NCBI RefSeq assembly: GCF_964194155.1 | Contig: NC_135894.1 | Coordinates: 24,924,001 to 24,988,000 of the forward strand | Length of the DNA stretch: 64,000 bases | Reading direction: 5' to 3' | DNA from: Cetorhinus maximus | Lineage: Eukaryota | Part shown: one piece after another, positions 1-12,169 of the stretch | Layout of the letters: the number at the start of each line of letters is the position of its first letter | Numbering within the stretch: position 1 is the first letter of the stretch | Position numbers and translations under genes: made by a program | Notes under the pieces: model-generated | Seen by the model: the letters and a program-made list of their open reading frames with translations, nothing else | The model's database searches: none | What the model was told of the DNA's origin: nothing

Positions 1-205
1 CTCCCCAACACCCTACCCTAACACTGTTCCCCTCCCCCAAAACCCCTCCCCTCCCACTGCCCCCCTGTCCCACACCCCCTACCCTCACATTGCACCCACC
101 ACACCCTTGCCCTTATGCTGCCCCCCTCCCCCACAACCCCTGCCCTCACAGTGCCCTCCTCCCCCACACCCCTACCCTCACACTAGCCACTACCCCACAG
201 TGTCC
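1..205. repeat. C-rich degenerate tandem/low-complexity repeat
   Basis: Recurrent CCCCACACCCCTACCCTCACA-like units, very few G. Confidence 0.8.
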
Positions 206-956
206 TAATGGGGTACCGCAGGGATTGGTGCTGGGACCCCAGCTATTCACAATATATATTAATGATTTAGATGAGGTACCTAAATGAAATATCTCCAAAT
301 TTGCAGATGACACAAAGTTGGGTGGGAGGGTGAGCTGTGGGAAGGATGCAGAGATGCTTCAGTGTGAATTGGGCAAATGCATGGCAGATGCTGAATAATG
401 TGGATAAATGTGAGGTTATCCACTTTGGTGGCAAAAACAGGAAGGCAGATTATTATCTGAACGGTTATAAATTGAGAGACGGGAATATGCAACGAGACCT
501 GGGTGTCCTCGTACACCAATCGCTGAAGGTAAGCATGCAGGTGCAGCAGGCGGTAAAGAAAGCAAATGGTATGTTGGCCTTCATAGCGAAAGGATTCGAG
601 TACAGGAGCAGGGATGTCTTGCTGCAATTATACAGGGCCTTGGTGAGACCACACCTGGAATATTGTGTGCAGTTTTGGTCTCCTTATCTGAGGAAGGATG
701 TTCTTGCTATAGAGGGAGTGCAGCCAAGGTTTCCCAGACTGATTCCTGGGATGGCGGGACTGACATATGAGGAGAGATGGAGTCGGTTAGGATTATATTC
801 GCTGGAGTTCAGAAGAATGAGGGGGGATCTCATAGAAACCTATAAAATTCTAACAGGACTACACAGGGTGGATGCAGGAAGGATGTTCCCGATGGTGGGG
901 GAGTCCAGAACCAGGGGTCACAGTCTGAGGATACAGGGTAGACCATTTAGGACTGA
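206..956 (+). mobile_element. CR1 LINE ORF2 fragment (RT to C-terminus), 5' part, interrupted by Penelope
   Basis: GVPQGLVLGPQLFTIYINDLD, KFADDTKLGG, LYRALVRPHLEYCVQFWSP, RRMRGDLIETYKI; stop and frameshifts. Confidence 0.95.
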
Positions 957-1018
957 AACAAAAACAGAATTACCTGGAAAAACTCAGCAGGTCTGGCAGC
1001 ATCGGTGGAGAAGAAAAG

Positions 1019-1057
1019 AGTTGACGTTTCGAGTCCTCATGACCCTTCAACAGAACT
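1019..1057 (-). ncRNA. Minimal type I hammerhead ribozyme motif in 3' pseudo-LTR (variant core)
   Basis: Minus strand agtt-CTGTTGA-a-gggtc-atgag-gactc-GAAA-cg-TC-aact: stem I agtt/aact, stem II gggtc/gactc, palindromic ACGT in place of stem III. Confidence 0.7.
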
Positions 1058-1431
1058 GAGTAATATTAGGAGAGGGGTGAAATATAAGCTGGTTTAAGGT
1101 GGGGGGGTGGGGGGAGAGAAGTTGGGGGGGGTGCATATAGGGACAAGCAAGCAGTGATAGGAGCAGATAATCAAAAGATGTCACAGACAAAGGAATAAAG
1201 AGGTGTTGAAGGTGGTGATATTATCTAAGAGAATGTGCTAATTAAGAATGGATGGCAGGACACTCAAGGTACAGCTCTAGTGGGGGTGGGGTGGAAAGAC
1301 TGACAGGGCATTAAAGGTATAGATTTAAAAATAATGGAAATAAGTGGGAAAAGAAAAATCTATATAAATTATTGGAAAAAACAAAAGGGAGGGGGAAGAA
1401 ACGGAAAGGGGGTGGGGATGGGGGAGGGAGT

Positions 1432-4182
1432 TCAAGATCTAAAGTTGTTGAATTCAATATTCAGTCCGGAAGGCTGTAAAGTGCCTAGTCGGAAGATGAG
1501 GTGCTGTTCCTCCAGTTTGCGTTGGGCTTCACTGGAACAATGCAGCAAGCCAAGGACAGACATGTGGGCAAGAGAGCAGGGTGGAGTGTTAAAATTGCAA
1601 GCGACAGGGAGGTTTGGGTCTTTCTTGCGGACAGACCGCAGGTGTTCTGCAAAGCGGTCGCCCAGTTTACGTTTGGTCTCTCCAATGTAGAGGAGACCGC
1701 ATTGGGAGCAACGAATGCAATAGACTAAGTTAGGGGAAATGCAAGTGAAATGCTGCTTCACTTGAAAGGAGTGTTTGGGCCCTTGGACGGTGAGGAGAGA
1801 GGAAGTGAAGGGGCAGGTGTTGCATCTTCTACGTGGGCATGGGGAGGTGCCATAGGTGGGGGTTGAGGAGTAGGGGGTGATGGAGGAGTGGACCAGGATG
1901 TCCCGGAGGGAACAATCCCTACGGAATGCCGCCGGGGGGTGAAGGGAAGATGTGTTTGGTGGTGGCATCATGCTGGAGTTGGCGGAAATGGCGGCGAATG
2001 ATCCTTTGAATGTGGAGGCTGGTGGGGTGATAAGTGAGGACAAGGGGGACCCTATCATGTTTCTAGGAGGGAGGAGAAGACATGAGGGCGGATGCGCGGG
2101 AGATGGGCCGGACACGGTTGAGGGCCCTGTCAACGACCGTGGGTGGAAAACCTCGGTTAAGGAAGAAGGAGGACATGTCAGAGGAATTGTTTTTGAAGGT
2201 AGCATCATCAGAACAGATGCGACGGAGGCAAAGGAACTGAGAGAATGGGATGGAGCCCTTACAGGAAGCAAGGTGTGAGGAGCTGTAGTCGAGGTAACTG
2301 TGGGAGTCGGTAGGCTTGTAATGGATATTGGTGGACAGTCTATCACCAGAAATTGAGACAGAGAGATCAAGGAAGGGAAGGGAAGTGTCAGAGATGGACC
2401 ATGTGAAAATGATGGAGGGGTGGAGATTGGAAGCAAAATTAATAAATTTTTCCAGGTCCCGACGAGAGCATGAAGCAGCACCGAAGTAATCATCGATGTA
2501 CCGGAGAAAGAGTTGTGGGAGGGGGCCGGAGTAGGACTGGAACAAGGAATGTTCCACATACTCCATAAAGAGACAGGCATAGCTGGGGCCCATACGGGTA
2601 CCCATAGTCACACCTTTTATTTGGAGGAAGTGAGAGGAGTTAAGGGGAAATTGTTCAATGTGAGAACAAGTTCAGCCAGACGGAGGAGAGTAGTGGTGGA
2701 TGGGGATTGTTCAGACCCCTGTTCAAGGAAGAAGCTAAGGGCCCTCAGACCATCCTGGTGGGGGATGGAGGTGTAGAGGGATTGGACGTCCATGGTGAAG
2801 AGGAAGCGGTTGGGGCCAGGGAACTGGAAATTGTTGATATGACGTAAGGTGTCAGAGGAATCACGGATGTAGGTGGGAAGGGACTGGACAAGGGGAGAGA
2901 GAAGGGAGTCAAGATAACGAGAAATGAGTTCCATGGGGCAGGAACAGGCTGACACGATCGGTCTGCCGGGACAGTTCTGTTTGTGGATTTTGGGTAGGAG
3001 GTAGAAGCGGGCCGTCCAAGGTTGGGCGACTGTCAGGTTGGAAGCTGTGGGAGGAAGATCTCCAGAGGAGATGAGGTCATTGACAGTTCTGGAAACAATG
3101 GCTTGATGTTCAGTGGTGGGGTCATGGTCCAGGGAGAGGTAGGAGGAAGTGTCTGCGAATTGACGCTTAGCCTCTGCGAGGTAGAGGTCAGTGCGCCAGA
3201 CAACAACAGTACCACCCTTGTCAGCGGGTTTGATGACAATGTTAGGGTTGGACCTGAGAGAACGGAGTGCAGTAAGTTCAGAGAGAGACAGATTAGAATG
3301 GGTGAGAGGAGCAGAGAAATTGAGACGACTAATGTCACGCCGACAGTTCTCAATGAAAAGATCAAGAGAAGGTAAGAATCCAGAGGGAGGGGTCCAGGTG
3401 GAGGGAGAATATTGGAGGTGGGTAAAAGGATCCATTGAACAGGGAGAGGACTCTTGCCCAAAGAAGTGAGCACGGAGACGAAGACGGCGGAAGAAGAGTT
3501 CAGCATCGTGCCGAGCCCGAAATTCATTGAGATGAGGGCATAAGGGTATGAAACTGAGTCCTTTGCTGAATACTGAACGTCCAGCGTCGGAGAGGGGAAG
3601 GTCAGGGGGTATAGTGAATACACGGCCGGGGCTGGGATTGGAAGATGGGGTGGGGACGGAGGGACAGGCAGGGGTGGAGTGTCCTAGATGGGTGTTGGTG
3701 TCGATGAGTTGTTGGAGCTTGCGTTCCTTAGCACTCGAGAGAAAGAGAAAAAGTTTCTTGTTGAGGCATCGGATGAGATGAAGAATATAATGAAACTGGG
3801 GGCACGCGCAGCTTTGAAAAAGGGTGCGGCGGTGCTGCTGGAGGGAGAGGTCGAGTGTGTTCATATGGCGGCGCATGGCACTGAGTGTGGATCTCAGAAT
3901 GTGATGGGAACAGCAGTCCGAGAAACGTTGTATGTCCCGGAGATACCTCTAATCCTGGGGGGGTTCGAAACATGAGGGATAGAATTTCAGTTGAAATCCA
4001 CATGGGGTAAGTCGGAGACGGAGACAATCACTGAGAAAGGAAATATGGCTGTGAAAGCGGGTTTTAGTAAACACCTTGTCAAACACCAGGAGAGAAATGG
4101 AAAGCAATGAAGGTGAACAAGGCAGAAGAGAGATACGGAAATCCTGTCGGAGAGCAGAGCAGTACTTCTTCAAGGTAGGCAT
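1432..4182 (-). pseudogene. Penelope RT/GIY-YIG endonuclease ORF, disabled
   Basis: KPADKG, YLLPKIHK, GRPIVS, MDVQSLYTSI, MGTRMGPSYA, RYIDD, VYCIRCSQCGLLYIGETKR; stops near 3949 and 2063, frameshifts near 2640 and 1940. Confidence 0.93.
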
Positions 4183-4318
4183 TTCTTGAAGAGGAGTGGC
4201 AGTCAATTAAACACAGAGATAAAAACAAAAAACTACTGCGGATGCTGGAAATCCAAAACAAAAACAGCATTACCTGGAAAAACTCAGCAGGTCTGGCAGC
4301 ATCGGCGGAGAAGACAAA

Positions 4319-4357
4319 AGTTGACGTTTCGAGTCCTCATGACCCTTCAACAGAACT
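4319..4357 (-). ncRNA. Minimal hammerhead ribozyme motif in 5' pseudo-LTR
   Basis: Identical to the motif at 1019-1057. Confidence 0.7.
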
Positions 4358-4457
4358 GAGTAATATTAGGAGAGGGGTGAAATGTAAGCTGGTTTAAGGT
4401 GGCAGGGGTGAGGGGAGAGAAGTTGGGGGGTGGTGGTTGTAGGGACAAGCAAGCAAA

Positions 4458-4726
4458 TAGGACTGAGATGAGGGGAAATTTCTTCACCCAGAGAGTGGTG
4501 AGCCTGTGGAATTCGCTACCACAGAAAGTAGTTGAGGCCAAAACATTGTATGTTTTCAAGAAGGAGTTAGATATAGCTCTTGGGGCTAAAGGGATCAAAG
4601 GGTATGGGGAGAAAGCGGGAGCAGGCTATTGAGTTGGATGATCAGCCATGATCATAATGAATGGCAGAGCAGGCTCGAAGGGCCAAATGGCCTACTCCTG
4701 CTCCTAGTTTCTATGTTTCTATGTTT
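4458..4726 (+). mobile_element. CR1 LINE 3' end (continuation of 206-956)
   Basis: RTEMRGNFFTQRVVSLWNSLP resumes exactly after the TSD; (TTTCTATG)n tail at ~4708-4726. Confidence 0.95.
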
Positions 4727-5485
4727 TGTGCAAGCTGCGGTCACTTCAGAAAGCTGTGGCATCAACGTTGGAGGCTTTGCTGGAAGATTTAAATCAGGAC
4801 CCCGCCTGCTTCTAGCAGGATCCTCGAATGTCTTCAGAGTCGGTGGAAGATAAACTACTGCTGGGCGGGAGCAATGCAGCCTTGACAGATAAGGGTACTC
4901 ACCCTGGTTAGAATAACACCACCCTCAGAGGGCCAGAGGGGATTGAAATCAGTCTCAGTGGCTGGTCATTCATCCGAAACTGTGTACATTTACCTGCATA
5001 GAATAGGGATCATAATGCGCATCATTGCCTGTGAAAACTGTGTTTATTTTGCTTGCCAAGTAAGACCTATTTGTCGAAATGTTGCTGTTTACAGGGCATC
5101 ACAAGAATGCAATGAGATGTGAGGTCTTTCATTCTTTGTCGCATGTAAGGCCAAAATATGCAGACCATGGACTGTACAATTGGTGCTGGTGGCAGCTCAC
5201 AGGGCATACGGAGTACAGCAGAGTAAAACCTGTCTCCAGCTATCCAACCTGTCACTGTTCCCTCTTCCAGAATAGTTGATCCAGAAAAAAGACTTTGTTA
5301 ACTCCTGCATTAATGATTCAGCCACCACTCTCCAGCTAGGATGTTCTTCCTTGACAGCACCTGCCGATGTGTTCAGCCACTGTCTGCAGGTTGAATGCTC
5401 CTCAAGTCATCCGTATCGCGCTGCTGAGCTTCTCTGTCCCTGGCAGTGGGACAGGCACCCTTTGCATAGAAACACCACACGCTTA

Positions 5486-6142
5486 GGGCAGAATTTTTAG
5501 ATCGGCAGGTCCAGGATCGGCCGGGAATAGACCGCTGACCGCGGTCAGCCCTCGACCTCAATTTCACGCTGGCTGACCAGCTAACGGCCAGCGGATGTGA
5601 AGCACGCGCTGAAATGCTCAGTGCTGCCGGGAGGAGGGTGGGAGGAGGGTGGGAGGAGGGCGGGATGAGGGCAGGCGCTGATGTAAGTGCGGGCAGGGGG
5701 CGAGCACGGAATGAAAATCTCCCTGAGGGCAGAGGGCTGAGGAGTTGAAAACAGTTAAATAAAGTTTGTAAAATCAGGAAAAAAAATGTCCAAGCATCAC
5801 AGTCAGTCACCTGAACATACACATGATAAAAATGCTGTCCATAGATTCTTTTTTTAATTATTTAACAATGGAAACCTCATCCCGCCCGTGGACGAGGTTT
5901 CATTAAAAATGCAACTGTAAGGTTGGACAGACCATGAAAAATCGGTGACGATTAAACTTTAGTGACCTTAATAGGCCTCTTAATTGTTGGCAGGTGCACT
6001 TCTGACATTTGTGCGCGCCGGCCAACCGAAATATCGCGCAAGCACGGGATGACGCCGGGGTGCTCGCCCGATGTCATCTCGTGTGATTTTGCGTCTGATC
6101 GAGTGGGACATGTGCCCGCACGCCAACCTAAAAACTCTGCCG
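5486..6142. mobile_element. Non-autonomous PIF/Harbinger-like element (MITE family A)
   Basis: TIRs GGGCAGAATTTTTAG / CTAAAAACTCTGCCG; internal similarity to 38972-39566, 43713-44416 and 55773-56448. Confidence 0.75.
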
Positions 6143-6237
6143 TCAATCTTTCAGAATAACAAACCTGCATGTTAAGTTATAACAGGTGGAATTCCAGATC
6201 TCCCCTCACGCCCCAAATGAAATAGTCTTTGCGTGAT

Positions 6238-6897
6238 GGCCCTGGATTTTTTTCCAGAGTGACGTTGAGTTTATTGGTCATTATTACCGTGCGAATTGTC
6301 CAGCAATTCATGGTGAGGAAGAGATACCATGTGAATTGTGAATCTCCACATCTTGCTGTGACGGTTTGCACCATCCTGCCATTAGCTTCACGAAAGCGGC
6401 CGTTCGCCCTCAAACAAGCTCCATGAACTTGCTGGATTTGCACATTAATTACCCACTAAACCATCGGATGGTACTCATGCTCTCCAACTCAGCAAAGGAA
6501 TAATTAAACAATAGAGTCTCAATCCTGCAGGTAGTAAATTGTTCTTCGAGATTTCAATGTTTTTTTCTACTTTTCTTTCCTGTCACTTTTTCTCTCTCCC
6601 CTTTTAATCCAATCTTTCCTACCCACTCTGATTTGATCTTAATTCACCCCTCTTCCTGTTTCTTTCTTAATCCTTAAATCTCATTGGTCTCCTTCTTCAC
6701 TGAAGTCGCAGGTTTCCTGTTGTCCTCACTGTGCCATTATCATCTCCTATTACAGGACAACTATTTGCACACTGAAAGGCGAGGAAGGAAGTATAACTAA
6801 ATAGCATGGCCATGAGATGCCCTGCCCTGAGCCAAAGTGTGTGCGCAATGCTGTATTTAATTAAGTGAATGACTTTCATTCAATAAGTTCCGGAATC
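6238..6897. mobile_element. Non-autonomous DNA-transposon-like repeat (family B)
   Basis: Reverse-complement similarity to 25640-26085 and 27105-27330; GGCC..GATTT-type end. Confidence 0.5.
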
Positions 6898-7169
6898 AAG
6901 TCCCCCCCAATCAAAGGTGCAGTACGTTGTGCCATTTGGAGTTGTCTGACTTGGCTTCTACCAGATGTTATAGGTACTGACTCTCTCACCATTCCCAGAT
7001 GCTCACTCAAGTAAGGGTGCAACTGTTCAACCCTGAGGTCATTTACAAGCCTCGCATCTAAACGGGCCCCACGTCTAGAAAGACTACACTCCTTACTCTT
7101 TTCCTGCCTGACTGCAACCCAGGCTTGTTTCAGCTGAAGGCTTGGTTTTTGTCACACCTACCCCTTTAG

Positions 7170-7512
7170 TGGCAAGATGGTGGCATAGTGGTCATGTCAC
7201 TGGACTACTAATCCAGAGGCCCAGGCTAACGTCCAGGGGACATGGGTTCAAATCCCACCATGGCAGCTGGTAGAATTTAAATTCAGTGAATAAATATGGA
7301 ATTGAATGCTAGTTTCAGTGTCAGTTGTCATTAAAAATCCTTTTGTTTCACTACCTGGTCTGGCCTACATGTGACTCCAGGCCCACAGCAATGTGGTTGA
7401 CTCTTAAATGCCCTCTGAAATGGCCCAGCAAGCCACTCAGTTGAAGGGCAAATAGAAATGGGCAACAAATGCTGGCCTTACCAGTGATGCCCACGTCCCA
7501 TGAAAGAAAAAG
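7170..7512 (+). mobile_element. tRNA-derived SINE with 3' tail shared with the CR1-group LINE
   Basis: A box TGGCATAGTGG, B box GGTTCAAATCC; tail GGGCAA..ATGGGCAACAAATGCTGGCCT..CCCATGAA. Confidence 0.8.
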
Positions 7513-8309
7513 ATGCTATCCCACACAAAGCCCCACTTACTAATTATCCTAGTTCTCGTCAATCTGTACTAGCTCTACATGACAACATCGACTTTCTCCC
7601 CATTGTCACTCCAACCTACCTTAGCAGTCCACTCCATATGTCACTTCAACTCTTCCAGCTTTGATCTCCACATGTCCCTTCCTTCCACCCCATCATTAAT
7701 GGGATGAGCCTTCAGCAACTGGGTCCCCTACACGTCAGTACACTGGCCCTAAATCCTCCTGCCTTTCCACCACTCTCCCCACCTTCCAAAGTCTCACAAT
7801 CACACCTTTAGCCACCTCTCACCTCTTGTTTGACATGCTCTGAACTCCTGTGATATACCTTCCCCTTGGAGCATCTTTTTTATATTACGAGTATTAGCGG
7901 TGATGGATAACATTGAGGATGGTGAAGGGGTTAAATCTGCAGGTACGAGGAGGCAGGAACTTATTGCAGAAAATGAGAGCTTTCATATATAGAAATTGGG
8001 AAGCTGGAGAGAAAGGTTTGTAGCATTGGTAAAAGCATTATGTAATATATATATATGAAATTGTATAGCAATAGTTTATAGTTTAATCTGGGGGTCTGAT
8101 GTTGGAGCATTAGCCTGCTACTGTTGGAAAGCCCTAAATAATTGCAGACTTCATTTTTTGATTTGGTTGCTGAACATGCTTTTGCATTTGGGACTTTGAT
8201 GCAATATTTGGACAATACAAATCTAATGGGAATTTAAGGAGAATGGAATCAACAATGGCAGCCAGAATCGTGTAACAAATGGACAAATGGGTCATGTAAT
8301 AGAGTGAGC

Positions 8310-9060
8310 AGGTCTGGTAGAAAAACTGGTTACGCAGAGGTTTCCTGATGCCATTTGCAGTGCCAGATATGTTCGCCAGGGCGGGGCAAGGGCAGCATCG
8401 CAATCTCACCCGATCCCTGGTAAAAGCCAATTATGCTGGTTAAGCTCATTAAGAGCTCATTAAAGGGAAGGTTGAGATCCCTTGGGGCCGCTTGGAGCTG
8501 CTTGTGCTATCTGGGGAAGACCAGGTGATCAGTGGGAAGCCAGTCAAGGCCAGTCAGTCAAGGGAATTCCCTTGGCCCCATAAAGGGATCTGTAGAGGGG
8601 CACATGGCCATTGCCACACAGGTGCCCTTGGTGCAGTTGGCAGGGAGAGTGTACATGGGCAGTGCATTAGACAGTCACACTCCTGGCATGGCAGGGGTGG
8701 TGGGAGTGGGGGGCTGCATAAGAGCAGGAGGCAATGCTGTCAAGCACGATTGGGGCACTGCCTGAGCATGGGAAGGCAGCCAGGCCTCTGCTGGGACATT
8801 GCGCAAATCAAGTTTCCTGAGATCTCTCAGTCTGCAGTATCATTACTCACACAGTAGGCACAGAAATTGCAGTTGGCTAGTCCTGCCTCCATTCCCACTC
8901 CCACTACCCATTCATTGGTCGCCAAAACCCTTTTCCACATCGATTGACTGGTCACCCCCACGAAACTCAGGGCTCATTTCTGCTTTGCCCCGGCAGCAGG
9001 AACAGAATCCAGAAACGGTCCCAGCTTCTGTTTCCCACCCTACAAGGAAAATCCAGCCCA
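8310..9060. mobile_element. Decayed Harbinger-like non-autonomous element
   Basis: Right end GGAAAATCCAGCCC matches the TIR type of other MITEs in the window; left end unclear. Confidence 0.4.
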
Positions 9061-9303
9061 ACATGGCTGACTCTTAATGTACTCAGGACAACCGGGAACA
9101 GCCACTATAAATAGCTGTCCCAACACCCTGAGCAAGGTGAGACGAGGATACGTGGATTTAAATGAATCAATTATTATAGCCTAATATATCATCATCATCC
9201 TCATCCTGCCCAGGGTTTCTATAACAACAACCCTATTATTAATCCCTTCCATCATCTGCTTGTTAGCTCATGTTGAATTATTTCTTGTCATATATTTCCT
9301 GAA

Positions 9304-9610
9304 GGGAAGCTCTTGTGGCATAATGGGCAGCACCCCTACCTCTGGCCCAGGTTCAAGTCCTGCTTCAGGACTTGATGGCCAAGGAAGGTGTGTTCATAAT
9401 ACAGGCAAGCAGGTTGATTATCAGCCTGTAAATCCTTCCAATATGCCTGATGGCAGGCAGTAAGAGTGGGAGAGTTTCCTGGTCATCCACATTACAGAAG
9501 GCAATGGCAAACCACTGCATTACTTTGCCAAGTATAATCCTGGACCAATTCAATGGAAGTCCATGGTCGCCAATGCCCTCTTAGGACATGGTACCTAGGG
9601 GGAGGAGGAT
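9304..9610 (+). mobile_element. tRNA-derived SINE with RTE-like segment
   Basis: A box TGGCATAATGG, B box GGTTCAAGTCC; GAAGGCAATGGCAAACCACT; related copies at 28300-28500 (+) and 34835-35056 (-). Confidence 0.65.
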
Positions 9611-10227
9611 ATTGCCTTGAATTCTTCTGAACTAAACAACTGTGCCTGCTTCAATCCCATCTTTTCCTGAACATTAAATTCATTCCTCTCTCATGTAGGC
9701 ATGAGCCATGTTTCCATAATCCCAGAACCATCATACATATGCCTCTAATTCTAAAAAGGAGGGAAATGCCACAAAAGGCGTGTATGCTACATGCAAGAGA
9801 GCTCATTTTCCTTTTAATTTTTGTGTTGCTTTACCTGATTTCCATTTTCCTTCAGGTTCCCTCTTTTCTCCTGACAAAGCTACAAGCTCTGATTAGTGAA
9901 ATTCTTATCTTCCTTCCTAGAAGTTTAAATCATCTTCAGTTGGATAAATTGGGCCTAAATATGATGCACCCCCAAAATGAGACATGGAATTGAAACACAC
10001 AATTAACCCAATGCCAACTTAGCACTGCCTGCTGCTGTTATAGATGATTCCAGTGTTCAGCCAGCACTAACTATACTGGTGACTGGCTGGATGCATGAGC
10101 AGGAGACCAGTACTGTAAGTGGCTAGCTCCATTTAAAGCTCATCTGCACCTCCCCAAGGCAAGGCAAGGCCGGAGCCAGTGCTGGAAGTCCTACATGAGC
10201 TGAATATATTCTGGGAAAGACAGGATA

Positions 10228-11990
10228 ATGGACAGAATATGGAAGAGAGTGGGCTCTAAGATCATCACACACTGCACTGGAGGCCTTGGTGGGGGAGGTT
10301 CAAAGAAAAAGAGATGATGCATATCCTCAGGGGACCAGGAGGCCCTCCAACCACCCGCTCAGGAGGCAGTGAAAGCAGACAGCCCTGTGGATCAAAGGCA
10401 GGTGTCAAGCCTTGAGAACCTGGTTGCAGTGTCCCAAGAAGTTCAATGAGCTCACACGAGTGGTCAAGGTCAGTGAATGCATCTTCAATCCACATCCTAC
10501 CCACTACGTACTAGACTCCGACTCTAGTTAATTCACCATACTCACCACTCACCTATCAACAATCTCTATCGATCAGAACCATACTTAATACTCATATGCT
10601 TCACCACCCCCTCACACACTTAGCACTGTTGCAAAGCAATATCTCAAGCACTGAGAACTATTCAACCATAAAGACCACAGCATCCAATCAAACTGCATGA
10701 CACTCACTGACACACCTCTCTCTCTTGCAGGACAAGGTGGCATACAACCAGAGGTAGCAGCAGCTAACCAAAGAGAACAGGCACGACTATGCCCTCATGC
10801 CCATAGTGAAGATGGCACTGGCCATTATTGGAGGCCCACTGTCGAGGCCGTGCCCAACGATGGAGCTGAAAAGATTGAGAGGACTGCATCCTTGTTCCTA
10901 ATCCTCCTTCTCATATTCCACTTCCCTCTCATTCCGTACTCTCTTCTGATTTATAAGCTGCCGATGGTATAAGCATGCACTTCCTATTTTCCCCTCCTGT
11001 CTGCACCACAACTTTATCCTTGTGCCTTTCTCCTTTCAGGTACTCAAGAGGTACAACCTGGCCAAACATAAGAGCAAGAGATAACGATGGTAAAGATGCA
11101 CCATCATCCAATTTCATACACGCAGCTACCAGCTCAGAAACCGACAGCGTGTGTAATTCAGAAGGCAGCCTAGAGGCAGGATCAGCACATGCTGAGATCA
11201 TGGCATCAGTGACTTTTCAGCCAGGATAGGCAGCACTTGTCATAGGGTGAGATCACACATCAATCCTGTTGCAGAGGACTCAGGTGAGGGCTTCAATGCG
11301 GAAGAGTACAGAACAAAGCCAATGGTCATGTATAATAAAATACTTGGTGTAGTGGCAGGTCTGCCAGAAAGCCTGCACTCAATGTCAATGAACCTGGAGG
11401 TTTAGTGCAGTGCTTGGAGCTCATCCTTTCCAGCATGGAAGTGGTGGCCAACTCCATCAGCGCACTTGATGCAGCTCCTGATGTCTGAGTTCTCATGGCA
11501 GCAGAAGCAGCTTTCACCAGAGTGCTGCAGTGGATGATCAGACTCACGCCTGATAGGGTCAGCTTGCTGAGGGGCATGCTTAGACTGCAGCCACTATGGC
11601 TGTGAATATCGATGTTCAGAGGGGCTTGCAGGGCTGAACAGTGGCCCAGTAATCTGTGCTGCAGCAGATTACCAGGATTACTGAGGCATGCCACAGGGGA
11701 GCGGCAATGACTCCGCGGAGCATGAACTTTCTGCCCACTCTCAGGATGACAGCATCTGTCCTCCCACTGCCACTCCATCAGTGCTCTTGCCGTTGCCTCT
11801 CAGCCAGCCCAGACTGCCACTGCCTATGCTGAAGCGGTGCAGTCTGAAGCCAGGCTGCTTGAGGGCATTCAGACCAGCTTGTCTGCAGTCTCCCCCCATG
11901 AAATTCCATAGCCTTCCTCCAGCTATGCTGCAAACACTGGGGTAGACCTGTGTAGGAGCACTAGGATAGACAAAGGTACATGGAAGACAG
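10228..11990 (+). pseudogene. Harbinger Myb/SANT-like DNA-binding gene remnant with introns
   Basis: LEALVGEVQRKRDDAYPQG...RQ*KQTA / RTWLQCPKKFNELTRVVK then GT donor at 10469; acceptor ctctcttgcAG at 10730 then DKVAYNQR...MALAIIG; second acceptor tcctttcAG at 11039; 3' end approximate. Confidence 0.7.
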
Positions 11991-12169
11991 GCACTAAGGG
12001 AATGCACAAAAGCTGATTAGTTAATGCAATGTATTTGGATTTATAAATTTGGTTGGGAATGTTTATTTGTAAGTAGTTTTTATTTTTACAATGTGGCCAA
12101 GTGGGCAATGTGACAGTCAGTGACAGAGGGAAGGTAAGATGTGAGTCAGTTGATGAATGGGGAATTGGG

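Larger units (their letters stand above)
957..4457 (-). mobile_element. Apparently full-length Penelope-like retroelement with direct pseudo-LTRs
   Basis: About 200-bp direct repeats at 957-1155 and ~4257-4455; RT + GIY-YIG ORF between them; 9-bp TSD TAGGACTGA at 948-956 and 4458-4466. Confidence 0.95.

Noticed and set aside
1950-3623. Long alternative-frame and antisense ORFs over the Penelope RT (also 50694-51395 and 51838-52599)
   Set aside because: Ser/Pro/Leu-rich shadows of a C/T-rich sense strand that has few stop codons. Sharing between copies only reflects recent common origin.
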